In this document: positions 25,044 to 37,240 of the stretch, one piece after another
Position numbering within the stretch: the stretch's first letter is position 1
How the letters are laid out: each line of letters starts with the position of its first letter
NCBI GenBank assembly: GCA_030390025.1
Contig: CM059432.1
Location: 84,074,001 to 84,138,000, forward strand
Origin: Squalus acanthias
Taxonomy: Eukaryota
Direction of reading: 5' to 3'
Length of the DNA: 64,000 bases
Translations under genes and position numbers: made by a program
Notes under the pieces: generated by a model
Told to the model about the DNA's origin: nothing
What the model saw: only the letters and a program-made list of their open reading frames with translations
Databases searched by the model: none

Positions 25044-25268
25044 AATAGCAAAATACTGCAGATGCTGGAAATCCAAAATAACAACAAAAAACGCTGGAAA
25101 AACTCAGCAGGCCAGGCAGCATCCGTGGAGAGAGAAACAGAGTTAACGTTTCAGGTTGAAGACCTTTCGTCAGAACTGCTGAAAGGTCTTTGACCTGAAA
25201 CGTTAACTCTGTTTCTCTCTCCACGGATGCTGCCTGGCCTGCTGAGTTTTTCCAGCGTTTTCTGTTGT
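25044..25268. mobile_element. Head-to-head Penelope terminal repeats
   Basis: Inverted arms meeting at ~25178; 14-bp TSD AGACATTTTAATAT at 25030-25043 and 25269-25282. Confidence 0.85.
25141..25177 (-). ncRNA. Minimal type I hammerhead ribozyme motif
   Basis: Minus strand AGTT-CTGACGA-A-AGGT(CTTCA)ACCT-GAAA-CG-TT-AACT: stem I AGUU/AACU, palindromic AACGTT. Confidence 0.75.
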
Positions 25269-26404
25269 AGACATTTTAATATGTTGGATATAAATCTTCA
25301 TCAGAACATGTGTTACTTAGGTCAGTGCGAAATGTACTGAGCATAAAATTCTCGTCTGTGCTTTAGCCCCTTTTATGTTAATACTTTTCTTTTGTATGCT
25401 TTAATTGCTCTCTATATGGCAGTGTTGGACCACAGGATTAGCTGCTAGTATTACTATATGCCTGAAGATAATAGGGCTGATTCCCTTGCCAGGCATTCCA
25501 GGTGTGGAGCGACGCTCATACGGAGCATTGGTTGGGAAATCGCAGGTCTGCAGTGCTAGATTTCCTGTCCATTTAAGTTCATTTCCCTGTGAGTGCCACT
25601 CCTTACCATGAGAGTCCATTTGGGGAGTTAGCCCTCATAGGTTTTTTTACTTTTGTATGATTGTCTGAAAAAAGACAGCCTAGTTTGATATTTTTGGAAG
25701 TTTGTTGCCCAGTAATGGCTGGTGTTGACAGCTTAGGGGTCTGGGAACCTTAAAGAAGAAAAAGAAAAATCCAGACAAGCCAGATTCAAGAATAGAATAT
25801 TTGATACTCTAATATCTGTCTAACGTAACTCACTGCTGTAAAGAAGCTAGAGATTTTAAACAAGTTTTCCTCTGTTTTATCACTCAATTTCAGGTGGTAC
25901 TGGGGCAAGTGGAGACAGAAAATTGAGTGAGAACACATTATGCCATATTATCATGTATTGCATTTTCCATTATTATTGTTTCATTTATGCCTGACATTAT
26001 TAATGCGTGTATAAACTAAGCACCCAGCAGTGCTAAGTGTTAGAAAAGGTGAAGTTAATGAAGAAATCTACAGCAGGCAACTTTAAAAGTTAGCTAAAAT
26101 AATCTTTCTTCCATCTTTTATTTTTTTTCATGACTAACTACTGCTTCAATGTCTGTACATCAATGATTTACATATAAGGCTAAGGGGAATGTTGACCAAG
26201 TATGCAGGTGATGCTAAAATAGGAGGTATAGTGAATAATTCTGAAGATCAAAGGAAACTGTAAGAGGATATTGGTAAAATGGTTGAATGGCAAAATAGTG
26301 ACACATAATGTGAAGTAAAAAAGTTAAAAGTAATAATTTTACTTTGAATAGGGGAAAGCTGTGAAAGGACAGAGGGATTTGGAAGTTCACATTCACAAGA
26401 CATT

Positions 26405-26943
26405 GGGGTAGAAATTGGTATGCGTTGTGCCTGTTTTTTCGGCGTAAAACAGGCACAAAGCATACCAAGTTAGCAGTGGGACAGGCTGCACCCAATCTGC
26501 ACAGGCGTTGGTCCCACTGCGAAATTCGTGGGGATCACTTTTTAAACAGGCATTAGGCTCCTTGAATATGCTAATAAGGGGCCTAATGCCTGGTGAAGGA
26601 CTGCTCTACAAAACTTGTTCTAGATAAGTGGGCGAGGCGCTGGGCCTGCCCGGCTCAGGATTCTTCAGTGGCCCCTGCGGTGGCCAACTACAAGTAAGTT
26701 TTTTGATCTTTTTTTAAAAACATTTCTGTGGAGCCAAGAGAAGGCATGCTCCCCCAACTCCATAGTCCTGTCAATTGTCCCCGCCCCCACCACAGAACTT
26801 AACTGAGGGCCATTTTTTTTGTCGGGTGAGCTGCCTGTGGAGGCACGACAGGTGCCGGCAGTGCGCCCCAAAGTTGTAGATGTAGGCCATCCTGAAATTG
26901 GGCCTCAGGCCTCTCTGTTCGGGCTCAGACTAATTGTTACTCC
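26405..26943. mobile_element. Harbinger-type MITE
   Basis: GGGGTAGAAATT / AATTGTTACTCC, TSD ATT. Confidence 0.75.
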
Positions 26944-27364
26944 ATTAATTGCAGCACCTCAAGAGAATAAAAAGGCTAATGGAATACTGGGTTTTATGGC
27001 AAGAGGTATAGGGCTAGAAAGTCATTATAGCCCAGGAATGTGCGGTATAGCTAGAAAAGTTGGAGAATTAGCGCCAGGCACTAATGCTTTAGACTGCATG
27101 CAAAATTCGTGCTCACTGCTCAAAGAAATGATTGGAGTCCTAAGTCAAGTCTTGAAGCCCAAGCTCATTGGCGTTACACTCAAAAGACCAATATCAGGTG
27201 CCGTCTAATCGCAAGTCATGATTGCCACAGGCTTTTTCCAGTTCTTAAAGGGGAGGTTCATTGATGCTGTAGAACCTCGTTCTCAGCATTGCTGGCTGTG
27301 CAGCTGCCTCAGCAATCAGCAGCAGGTCAAGGCAAAGGAGCCAGAGGACTGAAGAGCTGTACTC

Positions 27365-29270
27365 ATGGAAGATCCACGCCCCAGGGAGAGAGCCCGCAGA
27401 TTCTGCGATCAAGCATTGGAGGTGTTGGTGTTCGCTGTGGAGAGACGGAGGGTGGTGCTCTACCCGGCAAGTGGCAGGAGGCCCTCGCCGCAAGTCTTCC
27501 GCACCATGTGGAGGGAGTTAGCGCAGCACGTCTCGGGCAGCACTCTTGTCCTTAGGATCCACACACAGTGCAGGAAGAAATTTAACGACCTCGCTTGGGT
27601 GGTCAGGGTGAGTCAATGCTTCTACAAATGCTACGTACCACCATCTGAACCACAGTCTTCACATACTGCCCAAAGCACCACACCTCCAGCACTCACCCAC
27701 CAACAATCTCTACCTACCAACACTCACACCCACATCTCACACTTTGCACACAATGACAACTATTCAACTATGGCAGGCACATCACCCAAACACATTTCTC
27801 CACACTCACTCACACACTTTCCTTTCTCTTGCAGGCCAAGGTGGCTCACAACAGGAGGGAGCAGGAGCTCAAAGGTGGGGGACAAGCTGACACCCAACCA
27901 CTGTCTGCACTGGAAGATAGAGTGCTGCAGCTTATTGAGTGCCAGGTGGTCGGCGCCGTGGCCACCAGCGACGTTGACACCCTTGGGGACAACAACGGTA
28001 TGTTCATCCCTACTCCTTCTTCTCACATCCCGCTTCCCCCTCACCACACAAGCCTTTCGCACTTTCCAGCTAATCATGCTGTATGCATGCATTTCTCCCT
28101 TCCTGCCCCCCTCCCCTCACCTTAACCCGACTCTAGTGCCTTTATGCTTTTAGATAATGAGCAAGCACCTGAGCAGCCTGTCCCTGAGGGCACCGTAGAG
28201 AGCGAGGTAGGAGAAGAGGAGGAGGAAGAACACACCGTGTCACTGCATGTCTCACCCGCAGGCACCAGCTCAGACACTGGCATTACGCATTCTTTAGAGG
28301 TGAGTATAGAAGTGGGATCTGCATAGGGTGAGGCACCGGGGACGAGTGGGCTGCAGCAAAGCCAGGGGAAACGGTAGCTTGGGGGCCAGCTCCCCGGAGG
28401 GCGAGTTCGCGCGTGAGTTCTGCTGCACAGAACTCAGATGAGGACCTCGATGGGGAGGCGTTTAGAAGAAGAGTGATTGGCATGCAGACGGAGATGAGAG
28501 GCGCAATGGCAAGGGTGCCCGAGAGCCTCTCGGCAATGATAAGGAGCGTGGAGGAGTCCACCTCCAACATTGCACAAGGCTCTGCGTACGCCATGGAACC
28601 CATCATTTCTAGTCTGCAAAGGATGGTAGACTCCCAGAGAGACCGTGGCGACCCAGACCTGATGCCATGTGTGATGGGCAATCTGGCAGCTTCCATTGCA
28701 GCACAGGCGGAAGCGATGCAACGTCTTAGTGCTGTAATGCTGTCTATGGTTGGTGCCATCCAATCTCAGACTGCTCTCATGCAGTCTCAGCTTGATGCCA
28801 CACAAACTCTGACTGCTGCCATCGTGGCTGGATCTAGCACCGTCGACTGGGGCTTTCACGGTATCTCAGTAGGCCAGCAATCTGTGCTCCAGCAGATGGC
28901 TAGGGATGCTAAGATGCTGCCCCAGGGGAGTGGCAGTGGGTCAGTGGAGCAGGAACTTGCTAGCCTCTCTCACGATGACAGCATCCCTGCTCCCACCACT
29001 GCCACTCCGCCATTGGCCTTGTCGCTGCCTGTCATCCAGCCAGCCCAGACTGCTGCCGCCCATGCTGAGGTGGTGTAGTCTACAGCCGGGTTTTCCAGGC
29101 GGCGAGCTGGTTGAGGGCATCCTGCAAGGCCATCTGAAGTCTCCTGCATGGACACTCAGCAGCTTTCCACCAGCCCTGCTGCAGCCACTGGACCAACACT
29201 TCATTGAACCACTAGAGTAGGCAAAGGCACAGTAACGAGAGGCACTAAGGGATTTCAGAAGGCTGAATAG
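27365..29270 (+). pseudogene. Harbinger Myb/SANT (NAIF1-like) gene; exons 27365-27607, 27835-27997, 28154-~29270
   Basis: RERARRFCDQALEVLV..WRELAQHV..QCRKKFNDL|AKVAHNRREQ..GGG; canonical GT-AG introns keep frame; in-frame stops in exon 3. Confidence 0.9.
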
Positions 29271-29439
29271 TTAATATTTTTGTTATAAGTATGTGTTCAC
29301 TGATTATTGATAAATTTATTAATTCAGTTTGGATTCTTTCTTGGTGTCTTTCATTTCAGCTTTGTGCTGTGATATGGCATGCAACAGGGATGGAATGATG
29401 GGGATGTGGTGAGCAACAGGGATCTGGAGTTTAATTAAT

Positions 29440-30626
29440 TCGAACCTGCAGTCTGATGAGGCAGTCATGGACTGCCTTTCCGGAAGGCTGATTGAGTGGC
29501 AGCCTCCTCCCTCGCTCCTGTTCCTCCTCCTCCTCCTCCTCATCTTTCTCTAACTCCTCGTCCCCCTCCTCCTCTCCCTCTTCCTCCTCCTGAGGTGATC
29601 TCGCAATCTCTGTGGCAAGGGCTGGGCCCTCATGATGGCCAAATTGTGGAGCATGCAGCAGACCACCACGAAATGGGACACCTGCTCAGCCGAGTACTGG
29701 AGGGCTCCTCCCGCGTGGTCAAGGCAGCAGAACCGTTGCTTCAGCAGGCCAATGGTCTGCTCGATGATGTTCCTGGTGGCAGCATGGCTCTCATTATATG
29801 ACTGCTGGGCAGGAGTGGTGGGGTTGTGGAAGGGAGTCATGAGCCAGGTGGAGAGCGGATAACCCTCGTCTCTGACCAGCCAGCTGCGAGCTTGACGTGG
29901 TGGCTGAAAGAGTGCTGGCACTCCGGTCTGGTGCAGGATGAAGGCATCGTGGCTGCTACCAGGATAGCGGGCATTGACATTGAGGATTAGCTGTCTATGG
30001 TCGCACACCAACTGCACATTAAGTGAGTGGTAGCCTTTGTGGTTATGGAAGATCTCAGGATTGTTATGCGGTGCCCGCAAAGCCACATGGGTGCAGTCAA
30101 TGGAGCCCTGCACCATGGGGAATCCCGCTATCCTGGAAAAGCCACATGCACGCTCGTCCTGCTTCTCTCTGGTGACGGGGAAGGAAATATGGTCCCTTCT
30201 CCTAATGTAGAGAGCCTCTGTGACCTCCCGGATGCAGCGATGGACAGTGATCTGCGAGATGTTAGCTATGTCTCCTGTTGCAGACTAGAAGGATCTGCTG
30301 GCAAAGAAATTGAGGGTGACGGTGACCTTGACTGCCACTGAGAGAGCCGTGGGCGCCCTGATCTGAGGCTGGAGGTCTGGTTGCAGAAGGTGGCAGAGTT
30401 CTGTGACCACCTTCTTGGTGAAGTGGAACCTTCTAACACACTGCTCCTCGCTTAATTGGGGGTAGGAAAAACGCTCTCGGAATACCCTCGTAGGGTAAGG
30501 CCTCCTGTTGAGAGCCCTGATGGCCCTCCTCCTCCCTCTGGCCACATGTTCCAGTCTTTCTCGCTGCCTCCACTCCCTCTGCCATAGATCCTGGAGGGCG
30601 AGGCTGACTGCCAGTACAGCCCCCAT
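29440..30626 (-). pseudogene. Harbinger DDE transposase, nearly intact
   Basis: One in-frame TAG at 30285-30287 joins the two listed ORFs; IDCTHV, YPGSSHD, RDEGY, IEQTIGLLKQRF, CCMLHN; apparent frameshift only in the acidic tail. Confidence 0.95.
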
Positions 30627-31454
30627 TAATGTAACCAAGTGTAGCAGTTTGATTTTTTAAAGAATAAATGTAGCTACTTTTTAGTTGCCACAACACTCCT
30701 AATACTAAATAACCTTGAAATCATGGAATGAGACTGTTGCACTATGTGAAACTGACAAGAAAGCTCTGAAAATCCACTAACCTACAGCTGCGACTTATTA
30801 CCGATGATCCCTTTAAATAACGTCCCTGGAGCCGGCTTCCTGGTGCTTCATGCCAGCTCTCCCTGTTGCTGTTTCCTCCAGGCACTAAGATAAGTGGTGA
30901 CAAGGAATTTCACAGATCGGGCGGTCCGTGAGCATTGCACACTCACTGACATCACAATCCACCTGGCATTGAGGCTCCCGGCGATAACTGTTCACGGCGA
31001 CGCTGCGGGGGAGCAGGATTTGACGTGTGGCGCTGGATTTGCCTCACCCCGGCGATAATGCTCTAATGCCATCTGCTGGCACTAACAGGAGGCGCTAAGG
31101 TACCGAATTTTTCCCCCATAGAGTAAAAGTTGAGATGTAATGGTGACTTTATATAAAACCTTAGTAAGACCACAGTTGGAGTACTGTTTGCTGTTTTGGA
31201 TTCTACCCTATAGGAGGGATGTTGAAGCAATCGTGTACAGTGTTGATTCATTAGGCTGCCGCTTGGTATAGGGACTAACAAATATGTAGAAAGACCTGAA
31301 AAATGAGCCCTGTTTTCATTAGAACGGAGGAGAATAAGGGGTGATTTTATAGAAGTGTTAAAAATTATGAAGGGATGGGGGCAGAGTAGATAGAAATAAA
31401 CTTTTTCTCATGATTGAGGGGTCTAGAACAAGGGGACATAAATATATATATATC

Positions 31455-31853
31455 GCTTTCACTCTAACTCACCCATTTTTTCGGACAGCAGCTGTTGGTA
31501 ATGATTCTGCTATTGCCATTTACACCTCCTCTAGACCCATCTTTTGATTCTTTACTTGTCCTTTTACCATACCCTTTGTCTTGCACCATCGTCCCTTTTG
31601 TTATTTAATCTCTCCTACCTTCCACCCTATCACAGACCTTCCCTTTTGCTCTTTCCTCCCCTCCCCCCTTTCCCTGGCTTTGCACTTGCTTAACACCTGT
31701 TACATTTCTAACTTTTTCCAGAGTTGATGAAAGGTCATCGACCTGAAACGTTAACTTTGTTTCTCTCTCCACAGATGCTGCCTAACCTAAGTGTTTCCAG
31801 CATTTTCTGTTTTTATTTCAGATTTTCAGCAATCTGCAGTATTTTGCTTTTTT
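31455..31853 (+). mobile_element. Penelope-like element 3' region including terminal repeat and hammerhead core (~31722-31757)
   Basis: Matches 55830-56020 (downstream of GIY-YIG ORF) and the reverse complement of 52853-53165. Confidence 0.85.
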
Positions 31854-32832
31854 TGACACTTATAAGATTGAAAGTAAGGGATTTAGGACAGAAGGCAGGA
31901 GAAACAGTTTTACACAGAGGCTGAGGCCTATGTCTAACTTTGTGCGGCTTCCATTTTTGCCTCCTCACCCATTCTATGAAGCACTACAGGAATTCCTTTG
32001 GGAATACCTTTTCATGTGTGTTTTTTAGAGAACAAAGAGAAGGATAAACAGAGGGAAGCCATCATAAGGCACCCAGCTACCAGTACCCCATTTCAAATAT
32101 AGAGACCATGGTGCCTCTACCTCCACTTGAAACAGTGGGGGTAGTGTTTCTGAAGGCAATGCTTCACAAAAAAGCTATTGGCTCTTAACATAAATCTATT
32201 GGGACTAAGGTGGCCATTGTGCTCGCTAAATCTTGAGATAGATCAGCTGCAGACTACACCTCTTGTGCTGCTCCATGGGCATCCTGGTCCTGTCTTATTT
32301 TAGTCACACGTGCAGGCCTCTGAGGAGGCTGGACAGAAGACACACTTCTGCTGCTATCATAAAAAACAACAGTATTTTGTGAGCACTTCCTTGAAATTAT
32401 ATTTTCGGGCTCTATTGAGTGCAGATGTGTGTCAGAGGATTAGGGAGTGGTCAATGTAGTACCCATTTTTAAAAAGGGAGACAGAGCTAATCTGGGTAAT
32501 TGCAGGCCAGTTGGTTTAACATCTGTTGTAGGGAAAATTTTAGAGTCTTTTTATATAAGAATGAAATTACTATGTATCTAGATAGAGAGAAAATAGCCAG
32601 CATGAATTTCAAAAGGTACAATCATGCTTAACAGACCTGAAAGAATTCTTTGAGGAAGTAACGGGCATAGTAGATGAAAGAATTGCAGTGGATGTAGTGT
32701 ACATAGACTTTAATATAACCTTCGACAAGTTATCATATTGGAAATTACTAGAGAAGATTAAGGGGTAGGGAATTCGGGGGAGGATAACAGACTGGATTAA
32801 AAATTGGTTAGAAGGAAGATAACAGAGAATAG

Positions 32833-33406
32833 GGGATGATTTCTAAACTACTGACCACCCATTTCTTGCCTAAAACAATGTGTGACTGGCAGTTGAAAAT
32901 CGAGGGCAGGAGTGGGTGGGGGTCGGAAGACACCTCAGCTGCCCCATTGACACCTAAGAATCACCCGATGCAGTTTTCAGGTGGGCCTTTTTCAACAGGG
33001 GGTTGCTTAAATGTGCATGTTGGGGTCCTACACCAGTTGCTGGCTCTCGATTACAATTTTCTGGTATAAATGGTGGAACGTGTGGTGTTGAGCGGCCTAA
33101 TCAGCGATCCTTAAATAGACTGCTTGAGGCTGCTCAAAAAAAAGGATGAAGACATTTTAAAACAATTTTGTGCCTCACCTGAGCCCATAAAATACTCTGG
33201 CCTGCTGCTGGCCCATGTGAAACCCCTGCGCAGGTATTACCTGACCTGTTGACTGGCTCAGCGTGGGAGCTGCCTGATTTTTTGCCCTCCCACAACTGCC
33301 AGGCTGCAGCAGGGCACCTGTTTGGCACTTGCAGCTTGCTGGCAGCAATAAAATAAGGCAGGCTTTGTTTGCGTCTTTTTTCTGGCGAAAGTCAAAGATT
33401 GCCCCC
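32833..33406. mobile_element. Harbinger-type MITE
   Basis: GGGATGATTT / AAGATTGCCCCC, TSD TAG; removal restores the CR1 QR.GVKGSFSEW segment. Confidence 0.65.
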
Positions 33407-34253
33407 TAGGAGTTAAGGGCAGTTTTTCAGAGTGGTTAGAAGTGGGCAGTGTTCCACTGGATTCAGTTCTGGAGCCTCTTCTGTTCACTGTGTATTTCAA
33501 TAATTTGGATATAGGTCTAGAGGGAGTGATGTCAAAATTTTCAGATGATTCCAAAATAGGAAGTCTAGTTAATTCTTTAGAAGACCAAAGGAAGCTGCAA
33601 AGAGATATTGATAAGATGGGGGAATGGGCTAAAAGGTTGTAGACAGAATTCAATGCCAGTAACTGTTGATGGACCAGCAGGCTGGATGACCCAGTAGGAC
33701 TTTTCCTGTCCATCATTTTTCATATGCTCGTAATTATAATCTGAGTGGAAGTAGGCTCAGTGCTATGAAAGAGTAGAGAGATTTGGGGGTACAGGTTCAC
33801 AGGACGTTAAAGGCATCACCTCAGATTGATAATTCCATAAAAGAACTAATGGAATTCTAGGTTTTATCTCAGGTGGTAGAGAATATAAAAGTCACGAGAC
33901 AATGATGAGCCTATATAAAACCTTAATAATAGCTCACTGGTTTTCCCTTTTGGCTGCCGGCCAGACTGTCAATTTGGCTGGCTGTCGGATGGAAAATGGA
34001 TCAAAAAAATGATAATGAGGTCTTGCCGTTAAGTTCAGCAGGAACTCCTCATCCCCAGCCTTGCTGGGTTCTTCAGCCATTTTGGCCACCCCTGCACCCT
34101 CACCGCCTCCCTGTAAATATCGAGGCCTATGTCAACACTCAAGATTAGATTGGATAGGTAGATGAAGAAAAAGGAGTTGAATTGATATGGTAACAGGGTG
34201 GGTAAATGTGATTAGAACTATTTGCTCACATGAAGAATTAACAAAGACATGGA

Positions 34254-34352
34254 CTGATGAAAGGTCATCGACCTGAAACGTTAACTCTGTTTTTCTCTTC
34301 ACAGATGCTGCCTGACCTGCTGAGTATTTCCAGCATTTTCTGTTTTTATTAA
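34254..34352 (+). mobile_element. Penelope terminal repeat with intact hammerhead core
   Basis: CTGATGA-A-AGGTC(ATC)GACCT-GAAA-CGTTAACT; flanking duplication CATGGACTG at 34248-34256 and 34355-34363. Confidence 0.8.
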
Positions 34353-34951
34353 TGCATGGACTGGTTGGGACGAATGGTCTGTTTAGGTGTTGCAACTTCT
34401 ATGTATTTCTACGTATTGCAATTAGAGTGCTGTGTGCAGTTTTGGGTGATTCATTATAGAAAGGATATTAAAGACATTGGGAGTGTACAGTGTAGATTCA
34501 ACAAGATGATGCCAGGGATGGGAGACCATAGTTATGAGGAGGGACTTGAGATACTGGGACTATGCCAACTGGAGCAGTGAAGGAAATTTAATAGAGGTTT
34601 TTCTTAACTTATTAATGATTTTGATAGAGTAAATATGGAAAAAACTATTTTATCTTGTTGAGTCAGTGACGTGGGACTATCAATTCAAAATTATCACTAA
34701 GGGAATGAAGAGAGAGTTTAAGAAGCAATTTCTTTATGCAGAGGGTTGTTGGAGCATGAAATGCTTTGCTACAGGGAGTGATTGAATCCGAAACCATTGC
34801 ATTTTAAGGGAAAATTTTATAAATATTTGAAGCAGAGTAAGATATAGGCTATGGGGAGAGAACAGGGAAATAGGATTATTTGGGGATTGCTGTAGCAAAG
34901 AGCCAACACAGATTATGATAGGCCAAATAGCCTCCTGTTTTGTAAACTTCT

Positions 34952-36348
34952 GGGGAAAAAATTCATGTTCGCTAGCAAAATTGCTGGTGTCACTGGCAAC
35001 TGCAGTTAATGGCTGCTGGAAATGGCCGCTACGCTAACTGAGTTAAATTGGTCTGGGGGGCATGGAGATAGGTGGTGCAGCGCTCAACACTGCAAGAGCA
35101 GCCCTCTACCCACAGGGACCAGGAGGCCCTCCAGAAAGAACGATGTAGGAGTACATCCCTAAGGCCGTCACTGCCAGCAGTGTTGCCCCCACCATCTGGC
35201 TCCAGTGCCCAAAGAAGCTTCATGAACTCAGACCACTGATCAAGGTCAGTGAATGCATCTTCAAAAGCTATCTCCTACCAACTGCACCACTAGCCTCACA
35301 CACTGCTCAATGCACAACCCCCAATCACTCACCTACCAACAATCTGCACCAATCATGAGGCACATCTCCCATTCCTAGCCTCACCTCACCCCCTTGGAGG
35401 AGACGGTGCAGGCCATTCTTAGTAGGGGCATGGTTGAGCACTTGGCCAGCGGCGGGGCTGAAAAGATACAAGATGCGGGTATCCTCATATGTTATCCTCC
35501 TTCTGGCATGCAACTCTTGCTTTCCCGCCCTCCTGTCAGCACAACTGCACCCTTGTGCCTTCCTCATTTCACACACCCAAGAAATACAGCCTGCCCAGCC
35601 AATGGGTCAACAAGAAGAGGCAGCCTGCCCAGCCAGTGGGACTGCAGGCAGATGATTCCATCCTGATATCCTGGCCACAAAGGGGCTGTCTGGGATGCAT
35701 CCTTCCGTCTGATTCCTCCTCTTCGGCTTCCTCTTCTTTGGCTTCCTCCTCTTCTGCGTCTTCTACTTCCCTCTGTAAGCGGATGCTGTAAATGTGAAAT
35801 GACAGCATAAAATGCTCTAAATACTCAGTTGGTCAGGCAGCATGTCGACCTGAGATGTGAACTCTGTTTTTCTCTCCACGGATGTTGCGTGATCTGCTGA
35901 ATATTCGCAGCATGGTCTGTCTTCTCAAAGGCCTTCATTTACCATCCGAGCCCTTGCAAGCATCCAGCAGCACTCCCTACACACTTAAAAAACTTTTCAC
36001 ATCTATTGCAGCAAGCCACCGCTTCAATAAAATCAAAAAAAAAGTCCAAACCCTCACATTCAAACTTACCTGAATGATGTGTGTGTCCCTTTAAGAACTG
36101 CAGACATCGCCACTGTCAGCCTGCTTGCATGCCAGGTTAACCTTTTTTGCGTCGGTGTTGCACGCCGATTGATGTCACCACGCCACCATTTTTTTTGTAG
36201 GGCGCTGCCAGTTACCGACAGCGCAAAGGGAGAGAGCAATATGGTGGCTCCCGTGCGACCTACCACCAGCTGGCGAAAGAGCGGTGGCAGCCATTTTATC
36301 GCCATTTCATGGTGCTATGGAGTGGCGCTCAACAGATGAATTTCTAGC
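34952..36348. mobile_element. Internally deleted, decayed Harbinger derivative
   Basis: GGGGAAAAAATTCAT / ATGAATTTCTAGC termini; Myb exon-1 remnant ending AAG|GTCAGT (~35245); acidic-tail remnant on -; PLE fragment at ~35800-35915. Confidence 0.6.
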
Positions 36349-36931
36349 TGCAGTCCGATGATACTAAGAAAAAGCAATTAGAAGATGTTCAGTTGATCCT
36401 TTTGAGAATGACAGTGGTAATTTTGGTTAATGCGCTGAATTAATTCAAGAGAACAGTTATGCATATTCTTAAGAGTATGCTTTGAAATTTATGATACTCC
36501 AAATTCTATCAGTATCATTTTTTTAATAATATGCTGTATTGCTCAAAATGATGAACAAATACAAAACATCCTTGAAAGTTGCTATGCAGTTATTATGTAT
36601 TCCTTAGCATAAACTTTGTACATAGTAAAGGAGCTGATGTCTCCATCTTCAATAATCATGTACACTTTTAATGCCCTAAATTACTATTAAAATATCCTAT
36701 GTATTTTTAAAACACTGAAATGTAGTAGAAGTATTTTCATTTTATGGCTATATTCCCTTTGCAAAAGTCCCTTCTCTGCAACTCCTACTTTTAGCTATCA
36801 CATAATCTACTGGCCACTTTTAGGAAATAAAACATTTAAATTTCAATATGGTTACTATGAATAACTGTCTGCAGCATATAACCTGGCAGTAGGTAAGTTA
36901 TGATTACTGCTGGGGTCTTTCCTCATGTAAA

Positions 36932-37240
36932 TGGGGTTCAGTAGACTAGTGGTTATGGTAGTGGACGAGTAACCCACTAGTGGTGAGTTCAAATCACACC
37001 ATGGTAAATTGTGAAAATGAATTCTGGTAATTTGTGAGTGAGCACCAGGTAAAATTACCATCAAATCTGGTTCACTAATGTCTTTCAGGGAAGGATTCCA
37101 CTACCCCTAGCTGGTCTGGCTTACATGTGACTCCAATCCCACATGACATGGTTGACTTGTAATGTCCTTAGGGCAATTAGAGATGGCCAAAGATACTGCC
37201 TTGCCAGTGTTGCACACAGCCTGAGCAAAATAAAATAAAA
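36932..37240 (+). mobile_element. tRNA-derived SINE sharing its 3' tail with the LINE at 1113-1365 and 24781-25005
   Basis: CTAGTGGTT A-box-like, GAGTTCAAATC B box, tail GGGCAATTAGAGATGG..GCCTTGCCAGTG, (TAAAA)n. Confidence 0.7.

Larger units (their letters stand above)
27011..31117. mobile_element. Full-length PIF/Harbinger transposon (~4.1 kb)
   Basis: Termini GGGCTAGAAAGT / AATTTTTCCCCC, TSD ATA, convergent Myb-like and transposase genes. Confidence 0.95.
26160..31440 (+). mobile_element. Old CR1 3' fragment split by two Harbinger-type insertions
   Basis: Decayed KYAGDAK, KKANGILGFMARGI | EYK..RPQLEYC; continuity restored by removing 26405-26943 and 27011-31117. Confidence 0.7.
32430..34945 (+). 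mobile_element. Old CR1 RT and 3' fragments with nested insertions
   Basis: Decayed RPVGLTSVVGK, VPLDSVLEP, FSDDSK, LECCVQFW. Confidence 0.75.

Noticed and set aside
29440..30626. Domesticated host HARBI1/NAIF1 genes
   Set aside because: Flanked by TIRs and a TSD, multi-copy and disabled by stops, so transposon copies
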